Shown here: piece by piece, positions 27,890-41,389 of the stretch
Layout: each line of letters begins with the position of its first letter
How positions within the stretch are numbered: position 1 is the first letter of the stretch
Assembly (NCBI GenBank): GCA_050084515.1
Contig: CM114271.1
Location: 29,822,001-29,886,000 of the forward strand
DNA length: 64,000 nt
Direction of reading: 5' to 3'
Origin: Blasia pusilla
Taxonomy: Eukaryota
Translations under genes and position numbers: made by a program
The notes under the pieces: generated by a model
What the model was told of the DNA's origin: nothing
Databases searched by the model: none
Seen by the model: the letters and a program-made list of their open reading frames with translations, nothing else

Positions 27890-30500
27890 GCAATTTTATG
27901 GCATGGAAGTTTTTTGTTTCAGCATTTTAGAAGGTCTTCCAATGGATTATTATAAGAGGTTTCAATTCTTACATCTTGTAGAGATCGATGCTTGTAGGGT
28001 GTGTTGGGCTTTAAGATGTATGTTCACTAGAGGTTGTTAGGCATATGATGGGGTAGTGAGGGAGGTTAGACCCACAACATCGGCCTAAGGACTAGACGGA
28101 GATGATGAGAGTGATGGCGATAAGGTGGGAAAGACCTTTGGTGGTAGAGCGCCACTTAGTTTCCGTCTATCATGAAATTATTCCTAGAGTTCGGGAGCAA
28201 CTACTAGGGCATGTGGATCAAAAAGTTGAAGAATCTACAAGATTTTTCAGCTAAGATCGGGTAAGAGTCTACAAAAGGCATTCATGCACATGCGACGGCT
28301 GATCATTACCACTCACGGAGTGATTGAGGCACATGCAATTCACTATTGGCATGGGGTTCTAGATCCATGGTCGCACATGAGAGTTCACGATACAATGTTG
28401 CTTCACACGACGAAGCCCACATCGAAGGTGATCTTTGAGTTGTTTGATTGGATTGAGATCAACATGAGTAAGCCTTAGTAAAGAGCATGTTGTGACTACG
28501 AGTCTCCCAAAAATTATTGGAGCGTAGGCAATTCAACATTGGTATGGGGTTTTGGATCTAGACTTGTAGAGGAGAGTTTAGGATGCAATGTTGCTTCATA
28601 CGAGGAAGCCCACATTTAAGGTGGTCTTCGAGTTGTTGGTTGGATTGAGCTCAACATGAGTGAGGAACATATTGTGACCACGAGATTCCCTCAAGATTCA
28701 ACGGATCCACATGTGTCCGAAGCCCCACAAGTGCCCCAACCCGCACCAATGCAACTAGAATAGATTGGTTTATCTAAAGAGCAAAGAAGGTCTTGTGAGA
28801 CTATCAAGGTTGCACACCGACAAAGTCCGTGTCCATGGAAATTTCCATGTGCCCGCGGGCCCGAATAGCTAGGAACGACACGCGAGCCCGAATAGCTAGG
28901 ATCGGCACGCGAGCCTGCCTCCAACCCGCACCCGTTGCGTGGCCCGCAGCCCGGCCTAGTGCGGGCCTCTAGCCTGCCTTGTGGACCTTGGATGCGGGCT
29001 TAAGGCCCGCTAAAATTGATCCGCTAGACCAAGATTTGGTCCGATAGACCACCTTTTGGTCCGGCTGATCACCTTTTGGTCTGCTAGACCAAATTTTTGC
29101 GGGCCCTCGAGCCCATGCCTTCTCTCCTCGAGGTTGTGCTTGCCCGCACCTTGCCCGCCCTAAGCCCGCGCCTACCTGCTCAGAGCCCGTACCTGCCCCC
29201 CTTAAGCTCCAGCCTGCCCGTCTGGAGCCCGCACCTGCCGGCCCTAGCCCGCGCATAACCGCCATAGCCCGCATCTGCACGCCCCAAGCCCGCACCTGCT
29301 TGCCCGGAGCATGGTTGCACAAAAACGGACAATTCCTTCCTTAGGATGGACATGGACGGACAAGTCTGGACATGTCCACGAACATGGATTCCAAGAGGTG
29401 GGACCCACACTTTTAGTTCATGATGGAAGGCAAGGCAGGGATGAGAGGAGCAATAAGGGAGGAGGGAGTGGAGGTGGAGGTGGAGGGAGGAAGAAATGGG
29501 GGAGTATGGAACATAAAGGCAAGTAAGGGGAATTAGACAGAAGGGAAAGGTGGGGCCCATACGTACAAGTCCTTCCATAGGACGGACATGGACATGTCCA
29601 CGAACACGGACTTTGTCCACATACAACCTTGTCCCGGAGCCCACACGTGCCCGTCGGGAGCCCGCCCTAGCCCGCACATGCCTACTTTGAGCCCACGCCT
29701 AGCCTACCCTGAGCCCATCCTGCGGGCACCCAACGGGTGCGGGCTCCGTCAACCCGGGTCTAGGTGGCACGCTCTGAGGTGGGCTCGAGTGCAGGCCCGA
29801 GTGCGGGCCAGACATGCCCGTCCCATAGACGGACTTGTCTATTTGCGTGCAACCTTGGAGACTATGAGGCAATGACCCATGCATATCTATGTTGGATAGC
29901 AAGGACCAAGTTTGGTGTGTTGGATGTGTGTTAGACCCCATAGATAGAGGGATTGCCCACAATATGATGGAGAGCCGGCCGAGGGCGCCTTGATCATAAT
30001 GTTCAAGAGCCACATAAGATAGCCCCACCATAGTCAAAATATGATCAATGTTATTGATATAATCATACTAGGGATATGTGTTTCAAGCTTCACCAAGGGA
30101 TTCGTCTAGAGATAGGACGAGGGCCAAGGAACAGGATATTTTGGGGAATTAATGACGGTGGTGGTAGAGTTCCATTGCTTGTCAGAGGAGATAGACAACA
30201 TGCATCTTATACAACCTTGCTCACTCCCATCGATTACTTGGTGGAGAGGATTGCTACCATGAGGATGACACAACCAGCTATGGACATGAAGCACAAGATA
30301 TTTCTTTAGCTTCAGCTTCCACATCATATCAAGATACGTAGGAGGACTTCTTTAGTATGGTATTTATATGTAGTGCGGCTCAGGAAGAGGTTGCGACTAT
30401 GGTAACTGAGACCTAAGGCACTGCGAGAGTGATCAAAGCTTAGATGAGATGGAGTTGAGATAGACCCAAAGGAGAGAGCTGATAGGTGATAGGTCAGGGT
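27890..30500 (+). mobile_element. Decayed gag of a relative of the DNMT-gypsy family, split by a hAT MITE
   Basis: EGLPMDYY, KLKNLQDF and HMRRLIITTHGVIEAHAIHYWHGVLD match EGAPMDDY, KLRSIHDF and HLRRLINVTQGVIEAQAIQSWYAMID at 43850-44330. Internal duplication at about 28390-28510 / 28585-28695. Confidence 0.7.
28805..29857. mobile_element. Non-autonomous hAT element (MITE)
   Basis: 11-bp TIR CAAGGTTGCAC/GTGCAACCTTG; perfect 8-bp TSD GAGACTAT (28797-28804, 29858-29865); GC-rich cccgcac subrepeats; an internal TIR-like end at ~29313. Confidence 0.9.
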
Positions 30501-30644
30501 TCCCCAATCATTTACAATGACGAAAGTATTACACACACCATCGATAGTGCCCAGACGACTAGCTATCTTCATTTCCTACACTCATTAATACTGAAAGGAA
30601 AAAAACTAAAATCAGAATGTGATTTATATAACATATTATTTTAG

Positions 30645-31070
30645 TAAGGTTACATGAAAACGGACATGACCAATAGATCCCCTACCAGAGTTTCCGGTAC
30701 CCCAACAACCCGCATGGACTCGAGACGAGAGAACGAGTGCAGGCTTGGATTAAGGGAGGCGGACACGGATCGAATGGACTTTTGGGCTATGAGCCGTCAC
30801 CTGGCCCGCATGAAGTGCACGCACGACCTGCACCAAGTCCACACTGGCCCTCGGCAGGCCCGTGGTAGATCCCAAGGCGGGTTGGGCCCCAACTAGCTAT
30901 GAGCGAGCCTTATGAGGGCCTAACCGCAAGCCAGTGCGGGCTACTACACCAGTGGCAAGAACGAGCAACAGGTTTGTGGACTGGGTGAGGGCAGAGTTGC
31001 AGGCCGCAAGTACAAGGGCCCACGGGGCATGTCAATCCTAGAGACAGACATGAGTCCGCATGTAACTTTG
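30645..31070. mobile_element. Non-autonomous hAT element, same family
   Basis: TAAGGTTACATG / CATGTAACTTTG termini; 8-bp TSD TATTTTAG / TCTTTTAG (7/8 match). Confidence 0.75.
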
Positions 31071-34000
31071 TCTTTTAGTAATTATAAAAAATGGTCAATT
31101 AAAAAAAATTTAATGCAAAGAAAAATATGGACCCTCAAATTGAATTACATAAGAGTTTTAAACTTAATATAACATAAGCTAAACTGATTTTTTTGCTTGC
31201 CAAGTTTTTATTTAGCATGGGCATATCTTGTATCAAAATTTTGGGTAGCTTAATTATTTTGATTATAGGATGTGTGCTATAATTGTAATGTATGGAGAGT
31301 CTTGTTATAGTTTCTTTTTCCCCGGATTCACTAATGTAGAAGCATTAAAATATAACTAATCTCAAATGAATATTGTTCTACCCTAAACAAATATTTTGTG
31401 AAGATTTTCTTTGTGTTTTATCTTTAGTTTGTTGGAGGTGTTTGATAATTGTTATGCATGCATAGTTTTTTGACATGTTTATTTTCTCTATTCACTAATC
31501 CTTGCATGACATGCTGTTCACAAAAAACATTTAATGGTGCAATATCTTTCTTACAAATTTAATGTACTAGCAATCCCAATCTTACACCTCCTTAATAAAA
31601 TTTAAAAGTAATGAACAAGAAACACACTTGGGAAAATTTCCTTACTAAAGATTTATAATAAGGTCCTGAAAACCATTTTTTCGGATTTCTTTTTATCAGA
31701 TATTTTGGGACAAAATATGGGCAAGCTTTTATTTTATTATATGAAAGTTTCTTTCTTCACTTATTCAAATCAAAAGAATTCAATTACAACCAATCTAGAA
31801 CTATTATGGTTTCACCCTAACAAATTTTTTAACCATATTTTGTTATTTTATTTTGAGTTTGCTGGACGTGCTTCATAATCATTACATATGCATCGTATTT
31901 TCTTAGCTTTATTTTCTCTATTCAATGATCTTAGTATGAAATTATATTAAGCAAATATTCTCAATTTTCTTACAAATAAATCTACTCATCCTAAAAAAAA
32001 TCACTTTTTAAAAAAAGTATTACTTTTTTTTAAAAGTATCAAAATCACTTTTTTTTAAAGTGATTTTTTTTAAATATTTTAAATTTTAAATTTTTTTAAT
32101 ACTTTTAAAAAAGATCATTCTTTAAAAATTAATTTTATTTTAAAAAAAGTTTCTAGAATTTCTTAAACCTCTTTCTATTCAAGTTGTGACTTAGTATAGG
32201 CAAAGTCAAACAAAATTTAAAAATCTGAAAGTGTATTTGAAGCATCTAAGTCACACTAATGCTCATAATAGTATGATTGCTTATATTTTTATGGAAAAAC
32301 AATTTTGACATTATTCCATTTTTAATGGTTTTATCATCAAATTGAAATATCATTAGCATGTATTTGTCTTGTTTTTTCCATTTCAAGGGTTTTCCTGCAT
32401 TTATTCAATTTTTTCATCCTTTCTATTCAAATTTTTCATAAACTTCTCATTTTAGACAATTTCTTATTACTTTGTTGTATGTGTATCATATGCTTCTACA
32501 AATATTTTTCTTAATCTGTAATTTCTCCATTAATCCTTATATGACATTATCTTAACATAAAAACGTTTATTGCTATGGTTTTTTAGAACAATAGTTTTTA
32601 GCAAACCCTAAAATACACTTCATAACAAAAATTTTCAAGATTAAAAAAATAATCAGATTTGGAAATTTTTCTAGAAAATAATTTTTATGCAATATAATTT
32701 GAGAGAAGCTTCTTCTTCAATCAGTGTTTTTTTAAGAAAGGTACATTCAAGAGATTTAAGAAACATTAATAGGATGGAGAAAATTGAAGAAAAGGGAGCC
32801 TTGGAAAAAGATCAAAGTAATTTATCTAATTTTCAAATTAGTAAATGAAAATAACACATTTTACTAAATAATGAAAATTTAATTACTTCATCACTTCCCC
32901 ATTAACTTGAGCATTCTTTCATAGGCACTTTTTCTTCTTCTTCTTACTTGTATTTTATTAGTTATTGGAAATTTAATTATTTGTTATGTTGGAGGTGTTT
33001 TGAAGCTCTCATGTAAGCAAAGTTTGTTCACATCATTTTTTTCTCTATTAAAAAATAATTGTAAGACATTATGTTAGAAGCTAAAGTAGAGAATATCTTG
33101 GCACTTTTGTTACGACATCTTATTATTACATGATAATCAATAAGAGCACTTGGAACAAATCCAATAAAATAATTGAATTTTCATGTAATTTGAAAGAAAA
33201 AAACTTATTCATCTATTTGTTTTTAGGCATAGGCTAATGTTTCCAATGTTACTTTCCAAAATATTCTTAAGAAAAACCATGACAACCAAACTTGAAAAAA
33301 CATAAAAATTAAATTAAAAAAACTTTAAATATTTCAGTACAATAGAAATAGGGATATATTTAGTCATATTTATTTACAATGAAGAGGTTATTTTTCATTT
33401 CAAAAACTTTAATGTCAAACTACAAAATATCGGCACCACGAGAACTCTTGCTGATTTCTCCTCTAACCACATCTGAAAAACGAGTCCTAATTGAGCTATC
33501 ACGTGGCACTAATTCTATCCTAGCAACATATATCGAGGCTCAATCCTGGATTATCTCTTAGAGAGTGGGTTAGGAGTGATCAATAAAGAAGATCACACAT
33601 ATTTTGGGAGTCCTTGTGTACACTTTCTCTTGCTGTTACAACAGTATGTATCTAATTCACGTATATGGGTGTTTAGATGAATCACGGTTGATTGCACATT
33701 TCATCAGAGTTCACAGTGCATATTCAAGTTTATTATTGGGGTTGTCTCGTCGTTTGTGTAGAGATGTTAGGATTCATAACTAGATGGATCTTAGACATGT
33801 GTGTGCATGACAGCCAACACAAACCTTTTTAATAATAGGCACTAAACCATAAAATGGATGTTGTAATGAAGACTAAGACTCAAATGTGTTATAGACCATC
33901 GATGTAGTAACAAATAATTAATGGTGGCCACAAAGAAACTTCAATACGGATCCGCTCAATGTTGGCAAGTGACCACGGAAACCTAATCCTACAGACATTT

Positions 34001-34129
34001 CTAGAATTCTACAGGTCCACATGATTGGAGCACTCAGTTGTATGTGCAGAAAATATGTAGTTGTGCACAAACCTCCGGGAGAACTGCAACTTAAGGTCTT
34101 TAAACTCGGGCCGTAAAAAATATAGAGGC

Positions 34130-35372
34130 CCTAATATGACAAAATAAGAATATGTTTGAATTTTTTTACTTAGTCATATAATATTAGATAGGTAGGCAAA
34201 ATGAATTTAGTGGAAGAGGAAAATAATTTTATTAATTAAAAATTAATATAATTAAAATTATAATGGATAATAAGATGTATAATAAGATAGTTTAAAAAAC
34301 TGTAAAAATAAATTATAATTTTTTATCTTAATTCATATTTGATGGGAAGAGAAAATAAAATTTAATGAAGAAGGAATAGATATTTTTAAAATTTTATGTA
34401 ACTGTAAAATTACTTAAGGGAGTGGGATATCATTTAAATTTTAATTGAGGAGTGGAATAACTTAGAAGAGTTGAATGTTATTTCTCTTCTAAGATGTAAG
34501 GAAAAAACTTTTAACTTTGAAATGAAAAATAGAATTATATTTTAAAGTAGTCAGATTAATTCAAATTCATATATTGGGAAAAGAAATTGAATTTGAATGG
34601 AAAAGGGAAATTATTTCATAAATTCAGATTAACTTATAATTTATTTGGTGGATCTTATTTTGGTGGGAAGGGTGTTAGGAGAAGAATAGGTATTTTTCAA
34701 ACGTTTATGGAGGAGTGAAATTATTTAGGAGAGATAGGAATTATTTGAAAATGAAATGTTTTTATTTTCTAAGATTTGAAAATTCGAAATTTTATTATAA
34801 AAGAACAAATTTCTGGAATTTTTAAACAAGAAAAATGTATAATTAAAATTGAAATAATATCTGATTCCCTCTGGTAATTTCATTTGTTCATAAAAGTTCA
34901 AATTATATCTACTCTTCCTTTTCGTTCTTCCCACCAAAGTAACATCCATTAATTAAATTATAAATTCATTTTAATTCATAAAATCATGTCCTCTTTTAAT
35001 TTAAATTCATTTTATTTTCCCAAAATAGAAATCTTGCATAAATATTACTATTTTAAAGTAATTAAAAAATTTTAAAATTTATATATAATTTCCACTTTCT
35101 CAAATCTTAAAAGAGTTATAACATTCTACTCTTCTAAATAATTTCGCTCCTCGATTAAAATTTAAATAATATCCAACTCTCCTAAAGAATTCTATTCTTC
35201 AATTAAATTTAAACAATACTCATTCTTGCCTCAGTTGTCCTTCCACCAAAGTACCACTTATTAATTAAAATATTAGTTAAGAATTATTTTAACTAATAAA
35301 ATCATTTCCTTCTTCCATTTAAATTCATTTCAAGACAAAATTTCAAGCTTATCCTTATTTTGTCTTGTAGTC
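34130..35372. mobile_element. AT-rich foldback element with long (~600 bp) imperfect inverted arms
   Basis: Inverted pairs by eye: gacaaaataagaata / tatccttattttgtc; gaagagttgaatgttat / ataacattctactcttc; ttggtgggaag / cttcccaccaa. Confidence 0.65.
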
Positions 35373-35404
35373 CCGCTAGTTTGTCTTATTGTGCTTTATT
35401 GGAC

Positions 35405-36136
35405 TTGGCGTGCAACGTACCCATTGGGCATGTCCAAATTTATCCGTTTTTGTGCAACCTTGCGCCCATTGTAATATAGATAGATATACACTGCATTTAA
35501 ATAGAATCACAAATATAGGTGTCGTCATTCAAATAGTCTTCTATCCCTCTACCTGATTCTGACCTTTTTTTATCAAAATAGGTTGAACGCGGACAAAGTT
35601 CATGTTCGAAGACTTTTCCATGTCCACAGACTTATGTTTGTCCAAAGACAAACACATCCGTGTGGGCCTGATCGCCAACTTCCTGCACCTGATCTTGACC
35701 CGCATCCTTCATGCAAACCCAACCCTCATCTAGCCCGTACGAGAGAGGTACAGCCAAGATGTGGACTGAGTGTTGATCAATTTTTAAAAATAAAATTTTT
35801 TTTCCAAAGAAATTAGAAAACATTTTTTAGGGCCTACGCCTAGGTTGTGTGAGCCCTTGTCGGGCCCGCGTATGAGGAGCACGAGCCGATCACGGGCTGA
35901 ATGTGGCCAGAGGTTGCGGGGAAGGATTGCGGTAGGGACGGCCCAAAGGGACAACGATGCAAGAAGAGGTGCAGAATCTGGTGCAAAATGGCATGTCCGC
36001 GATCATGTCTACACAACAAGGTTGCACAGAAACAAACAAGTCCGGATATGTCCACAAACAAGTCACTCGGATACCCGCGACCTGCATTTGAGCCCATCGC
36101 GTAAATATCCGAAGATCAATCGTTCATGCAATTTTG
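35405..36136. mobile_element. Cluster of hAT-MITE fragments (CAAGGTTGCAC family)
   Basis: gtgcaaccttg at ~35452, taggttgaacgcggacaaag at ~35579, caaggttgcacagaaac at 36017, catgcaattttg at ~36125. Confidence 0.6.
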
Positions 36137-36229
36137 TGATGTCTCTTAGTATTATCTTGTGGTGGGAACCTCTTTATAGTGCCTCATTTATGCGGGCCCA
36201 AATTCAGGAAAAGAACTAATAAATGAGAC

Positions 36230-38136
36230 ATGGGAAATATAAAAGTAAAGTAGTGGATTGGTATATTAATTAAAATAAGCTAAAATAGAGTTGGTTGGTT
36301 GCTAGGGTAGTTCGGATAGTTTGGAGGATAGTAAGTGGATTTAGGGGGATATTTTAGGAGGAGATAGCGTGTAATCTAATTCTCTCAAAATAGGATGGGC
36401 CAAACCTTCAAAGGAAGCTATATGGCATAAGATAAGATTAGTCGTATCAAGTAAAGATTCTCTTCGTAGATAGGCACTGGTTTACTCGTTATCTAGTCTA
36501 TCACTTTGGAGAGGCATTCATGAACCAGGTCGTGCAATCACCAATCCCAGTCATAGTTCCTATTATCACGTATGGAAAGACTTGGGATTGTACTTTATAT
36601 GTCCTTATTTAGCGATCTCCAGACGTAAATAGGTCTGCTTGAATAGGGTTCAATACTAGTTGTGCTATTTTTCTTACGTACAAACATAAAGTAGTTTATA
36701 GAGACTTCATAGTTGGATATTTTGGGGTTAGATGTTACAATGAAGTGATTGCCTTCATACTACCGTTCGTGATTCTTGTTGTGAGAGAATGGAGAGTGTG
36801 TGTAGTGATTCTATACTATAAAACTTATTATAGAATTCAATCTTGCATCAACGACTACGTAGCTAGAAGGTCTGTCTTTACTCAAAGAAAACTCTTGATA
36901 GGACAAATGGTGCTTCCACTAAGAGATCTTTGAGATGGTCGATTGTGTTTTGCAAATTTTGGTTTTATCAAGATTACTTCTTTAGGTTGTGCTTTATCAA
37001 TGGAAACTGAGGAAGTTGAGGATCTTCTCCAAACTTTGACAACATTATTGAGTCAACAAAGCGGAGTTCACATGGGAGAGCAAAGATAAAAAAAAGGGCT
37101 CTTCCCAGGGTTTGATGGGAGAAATATCACCAAATATGTTCGAGAGTAAGTATGTGAGATGGTAGAACATCGTGTTCTCAAAAGTGAAATGATGTTAAGT
37201 TTTAAATTAGCTGTAATACCAAAGATTCATAATGAGGTGAAGAAATTGGGAGCTCAAAATCCAACCTCATAGGAGGAGTTTGAGCAATTATTGAAAGGAG
37301 AATTCTTTGATGACGATGTGGATCGAGTAACCAAGAGGACTTTCTTAGAATGGATAGAGCAACGTCTAAGAAAGGGAATGACTCCTCACGAATTATTGCG
37401 TAAGTTTAAGAAGCGATTTTTCCAATTATCTTCTTCTATAAGGGAAATTCTTGAATCTTGATTTGAGGAAAACCGAGCTATTTTTTGAGGCAACTATTGA
37501 TAATTTGAAGGAAAAGCTTTTCCTAATGCCAGTTGATGAGACCGAAGAAGCAGGTATAAGTACGGATGGGAAGAAAGTAGAAGAAGTTGTTTCCATCATC
37601 ACGAAGCAGAGCCGTGGTAGAGATAGAGCTGCAATGTTCAAGTTAGAGGTATCAATTTTGACTTCCTTGAATTGCAGAACCCCGTAGTAACAAAGCTCAA
37701 AGATTCTGCCATTGATAAGTTGGTGAAAGGTTTGACAGAGTTGAGAGTAGAGATGGCCGAGCTTAAGCATGATAGGAATCCTAGTGTTTATGCTCTTTTG
37801 ACAAGTAACAACTTTGTGAGGAGATGCATATGATGTGATAGTATTGAGTATTAAGAATGTGGGGAGTTCTCGGAAGCTCTCAGGAATAGAGTTGTAAATT
37901 TCAGAGATGGAAAGATTCATTCAATACATATTAATATGCCGTTGAATACCAATTTTGGTAAAGGAGGAATGAAGAGCTTATTGAGAGGTCAAGTGAGAAT
38001 GGCCACTATGATATTAGATTCTAAGATCTTTGCAGTGAAGATAGAAGCACCTATTATATCTATAGCTAAGATTGAATAATTAAAATTTCCTATAGAAATG
38101 ATGCTACGAGGGATAGAGACTATCCGTCATCTGACT
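36230..38136 (+). mobile_element. Host Ty3/gypsy element: 5' LTR end, PBS and decayed gag (continues after 46756)
   Basis: LTR end ...GGACA (36905), PBS-like TGGTGCTTCCACTAAGAG (36908), gag from ATG 37000 (FDGRNITKY, EFFDDDVDRVTKRTFLEWIE, TNFGKGGMK). The frame IRHLT| resumes as RWDDYVEV at 46761. The left boundary is approximate. Confidence 0.75.
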
Positions 38137-38449
38137 TGTCGTGCGCATACATATCGCTACACAACATACATCATTGTCACCGAACATACACACAAACACA
38201 TACGATCCCATGCTAACTTATGGCATCCAAACAACAAGACAAGAAGTACCAAAATATATCCAATAGCCCCCCTAGCACGTGGTTAGGTTCCTCTAACTCC
38301 AGATAGTCATCTATCCTACCTACCATGACATACATCTCTCCGACGCTAAGAGCAAGAAGATCGGGTGCTCATGTGGCCCCATCATTAGTCGCCTTATTGT
38401 CATCCATGTCACAGACACAAGTTGGAATGTAGAACTACCTAATCTATGT

Positions 38450-38584
38450 ACATCTGGGACACATCCATTGTCCCTGAGGAACCCTAGTGAGAGGTGGCGT
38501 CAAACATGCCATATGCTATCCTTTCAAACATCCATCACAGACTAGCATAATAGCTGCACCGCGCGCAGAACCACACAACATACA
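38450..38584 (-). pseudogene. PHD finger at the integrase C-terminus
   Basis: CMLC...[31 protein letters not shown] is a C4HC3 PHD consensus with one W->stop. Confidence 0.9.
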
Positions 38585-38785
38585 TCGCAAGTCTGCAAGA
38601 ACTACTACTAAGCTCGGATCAACTATACCGTCAATGTTCGAAAGGTGACACGGTGCACAATTACGCACATGGTCCTTCCAAACCATACCATTGCGTCCCT
38701 CCAATAAGAGAACACCTAATGGCAAAACCTCATGCACTCTCAAGATGGTGCGCCCTGCAGTCACATCCAACGTTGTAGGTGCCGT

Positions 38786-39720
38786 CTATTGCAAGTAGAC
38801 ATAGTCTCCTTGATTAAACCTCTGGATAGTAGGTTGATAACCACCTCCCCATATAGTCGCATACCTCAATGTATCCCGATGTTGCGCAATCGCTAAGTTG
38901 TCAAACGACATGGGCATCACTCTCCGAAATAATTTAGCCCTCTGAGAACATGCTCGCATCCATACATCACGGTCATCAAGGTTCAACACCGCACCAACAT
39001 CTCGACGAATGGCCGTAGGTAAATCTGGGTCACGGCCATAAAGCACCAAGTACGGTGAGAAAGACGCTAAGGATGCCTGGCTGCTGAATCTGTATCCCAT
39101 CGCCAACCATGGCAACTAAAGGTCTCAATCTCCTAGGTAACCTCTCTGCAAGCCATACTTACGTAATCCTCTCTTCACCATCTGCACAACCCTCTCTACT
39201 AGTCCATCCACCTTAGGATGATCTCGTGAAGTGGTGCAATGGTCAATTAGTGCCTAATCACACAAGGCTTGAAACTCCCCGCGAAACTATGTTCCTCGTC
39301 TGTCAACACCTCAGCTGGTGCGCCGTAATGACTCAACACTCGATCTAGGAAGGCATACGCTACTCCCTCATTCGCTTTGTCAAGCAATGCAACCAATTCT
39401 ATCCACTTCGAGAAGTGCTCGATCATCACCAACACATAACGACTATAGCGCTCTATCAAAGGCAAAGGTCCTGCAAAATCCAAACTCTATCTATAACCTA
39501 AACCCATGATCAAAAGTTGATGCAACTATGGAGTCAAAGCATTCAATGATGCTCGGACTTGATCACACACCATGCATCTAGCAACAAACTGTTGAACGTC
39601 AGTCTGCATGCCTCGCCACCAATACTGAATCTAGAGCAAGTTGTACGTCCGCTTCATTCCAAAATGACCCAACTCCTCATGGGCATGACGCACCAAACGT
39701 GCTCTCTACGAAGGATGAGG
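38786..39720 (-). pseudogene. Retrotransposon integrase
   Basis: HEELGHFG..CMVC Zn finger, DFAGPL, EHFSKWIELVAL, VLTD, GLVERVVQMVKRGL, FSPYLVLYGRDPDLP. Confidence 0.9.
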
Positions 39721-40049
39721 CACTACACGCACTCTACCATCCTCCCACACTCGCAACACATATGTCCCCTCCCACCGAAACCGTGTGGCTCATTGTAGGA
39801 TCCGATCCCGCTCTCTAGCACCCACTGTGCTCGCGACGCTGCCAATATGCAGATACTCCAAGACCACTCCATCGTCGCAAATATCTCGGCCACTTGTTGT
39901 CTAGTCATCAGCCTCTGGATCTAAGGACTTTCCATCAAACCTCACCATCGAAGTCTCAACAGTCTCCATAGCCAACAAGCCCAAATAGGCTGACACATGC
40001 CATCCTGGCACCAACTCCTCATCACTCTCACCATGCAAACGACCTCCAC

Positions 40050-41385
40050 TCGCATCTCGCTGACTCGGGCATGGGTTACGGCTCAAACCATCTGTATCTT
40101 AGTTGAGCGTCTCAGGTCTATGCACCACCTAGAAGTCATACTCCTGCAACAAAAGACCTCACCACGCAAGCTTCCTTGTAAGCTTGTCGGACTCCATCAA
40201 CCACTTAAGTGGATGATGATTAGTAATGATGGTAAACGGATTGCCAAATAGATAACATGTGAAGTGAACGACAGTCCACACTACAGCCAAGCACTCACCA
40301 TCATACGAGCTTTACTTTGCCTTTGCAGCGTTGTGCGAGCGACTAGCGTAAGCCACCATGAACTCTCTACCATCATCATCATGTTGGGTGGGCACGGCTC
40401 CAAGCCCCAACATGCTCCAATCGGTATGCAAACGGAAAGGATGCCCCTTGATTGGTCTCTTCAATATGGGCGCGGACATCAATCTGTCCTTCAACATTTG
40501 AAATGCTCTCCTCTTCTCATCCCCGTAGTGCAACTCCTGATCCATCTTGGTCAGAATGGTCAGCGACTTTGCAATCGAGCTGAAACCCTCGACGTACCAT
40601 CGATAGAAGTTTGCCAATCCCATAAATGCACCAACTCGACTCACATCTATAGAGCATGGAATGCCTGAAATAGCCTCTACCTTCCTCTGCTGCACACCAA
40701 GGTCCCCTGGGTATATCATATGACCCAAGTACTCAATCTGGTCGTAGAAGAACTTGCACTTGCCTGGATGTAGCTTCAGCCCATATAATTGCAATCTTCA
40801 AAACACCTCCTCTAGATGTCGCTCATGCTCCTCAACCGTGGCGCTAAAGACTACAATGTCATAATAAAACATCTAGCAAAATCCAGACCTGCCAAGATCC
40901 TATCCATGACCCTATGAAACTTAGCTAAGGCGTTCTTTAACCAAAATGGTAAGAACCGCCACTGGTACAAACAATCCTTCCCGTAAGGATCGATGCCCCA
41001 AAATGTCATCTTGTGCTTGATACGTCTTGTGATCCTCCAATTTGATAGGCAGCTGATGGCATCCGACTCGCAAATCCAATGAACTGAAGACCTTTGCATG
41101 CCCAATCGCATCAAAGATCTCCTCAGGTGTGGGCATGGCATACCTATCGGACTTTGTCTACCGATTGATAGGTCGGTAATCTCCACACATCCGCCTATAC
41201 GTCTAGTTGCCATGCACATCCTTCTTGGCAGGCATGAAAGTGGCAGATGCATACTCCCCATGCGACATCTCCACTAGTCCTGCTCCGACCAAGTGCTGGC
41301 TCTTACTCTGAATCAAAGCCCTCGCCATATCACTATACCTGTAGGGTCGTCGGAAGATCGGCATTTCGCTCGACAACTCAATGCG
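40050..41385 (-). pseudogene. Ty3/gypsy reverse transcriptase and RNase H
   Basis: IFRRPYRY, MPTPEEIFDAIGHAKVFSSLDLRVG, FLPFWLKNA, frameshifted (Y)IDDIVVFS at ~40855, KLHPGKC..YLGH, LHTDWSMLGLGAV. Confidence 0.9.
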
Positions 41386-41389
41386 AATC

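Noticed and set aside
28969-29875. Overlapping Arg/Gly/Pro-rich ORFs
   Set aside because: Artefacts of the GC-rich hAT MITE.
33430-33812. Further diverged solo A-B unit (ends gtgtgtgcatgaca)
   Set aside because: Only two short similarities; no left end or TSD found.
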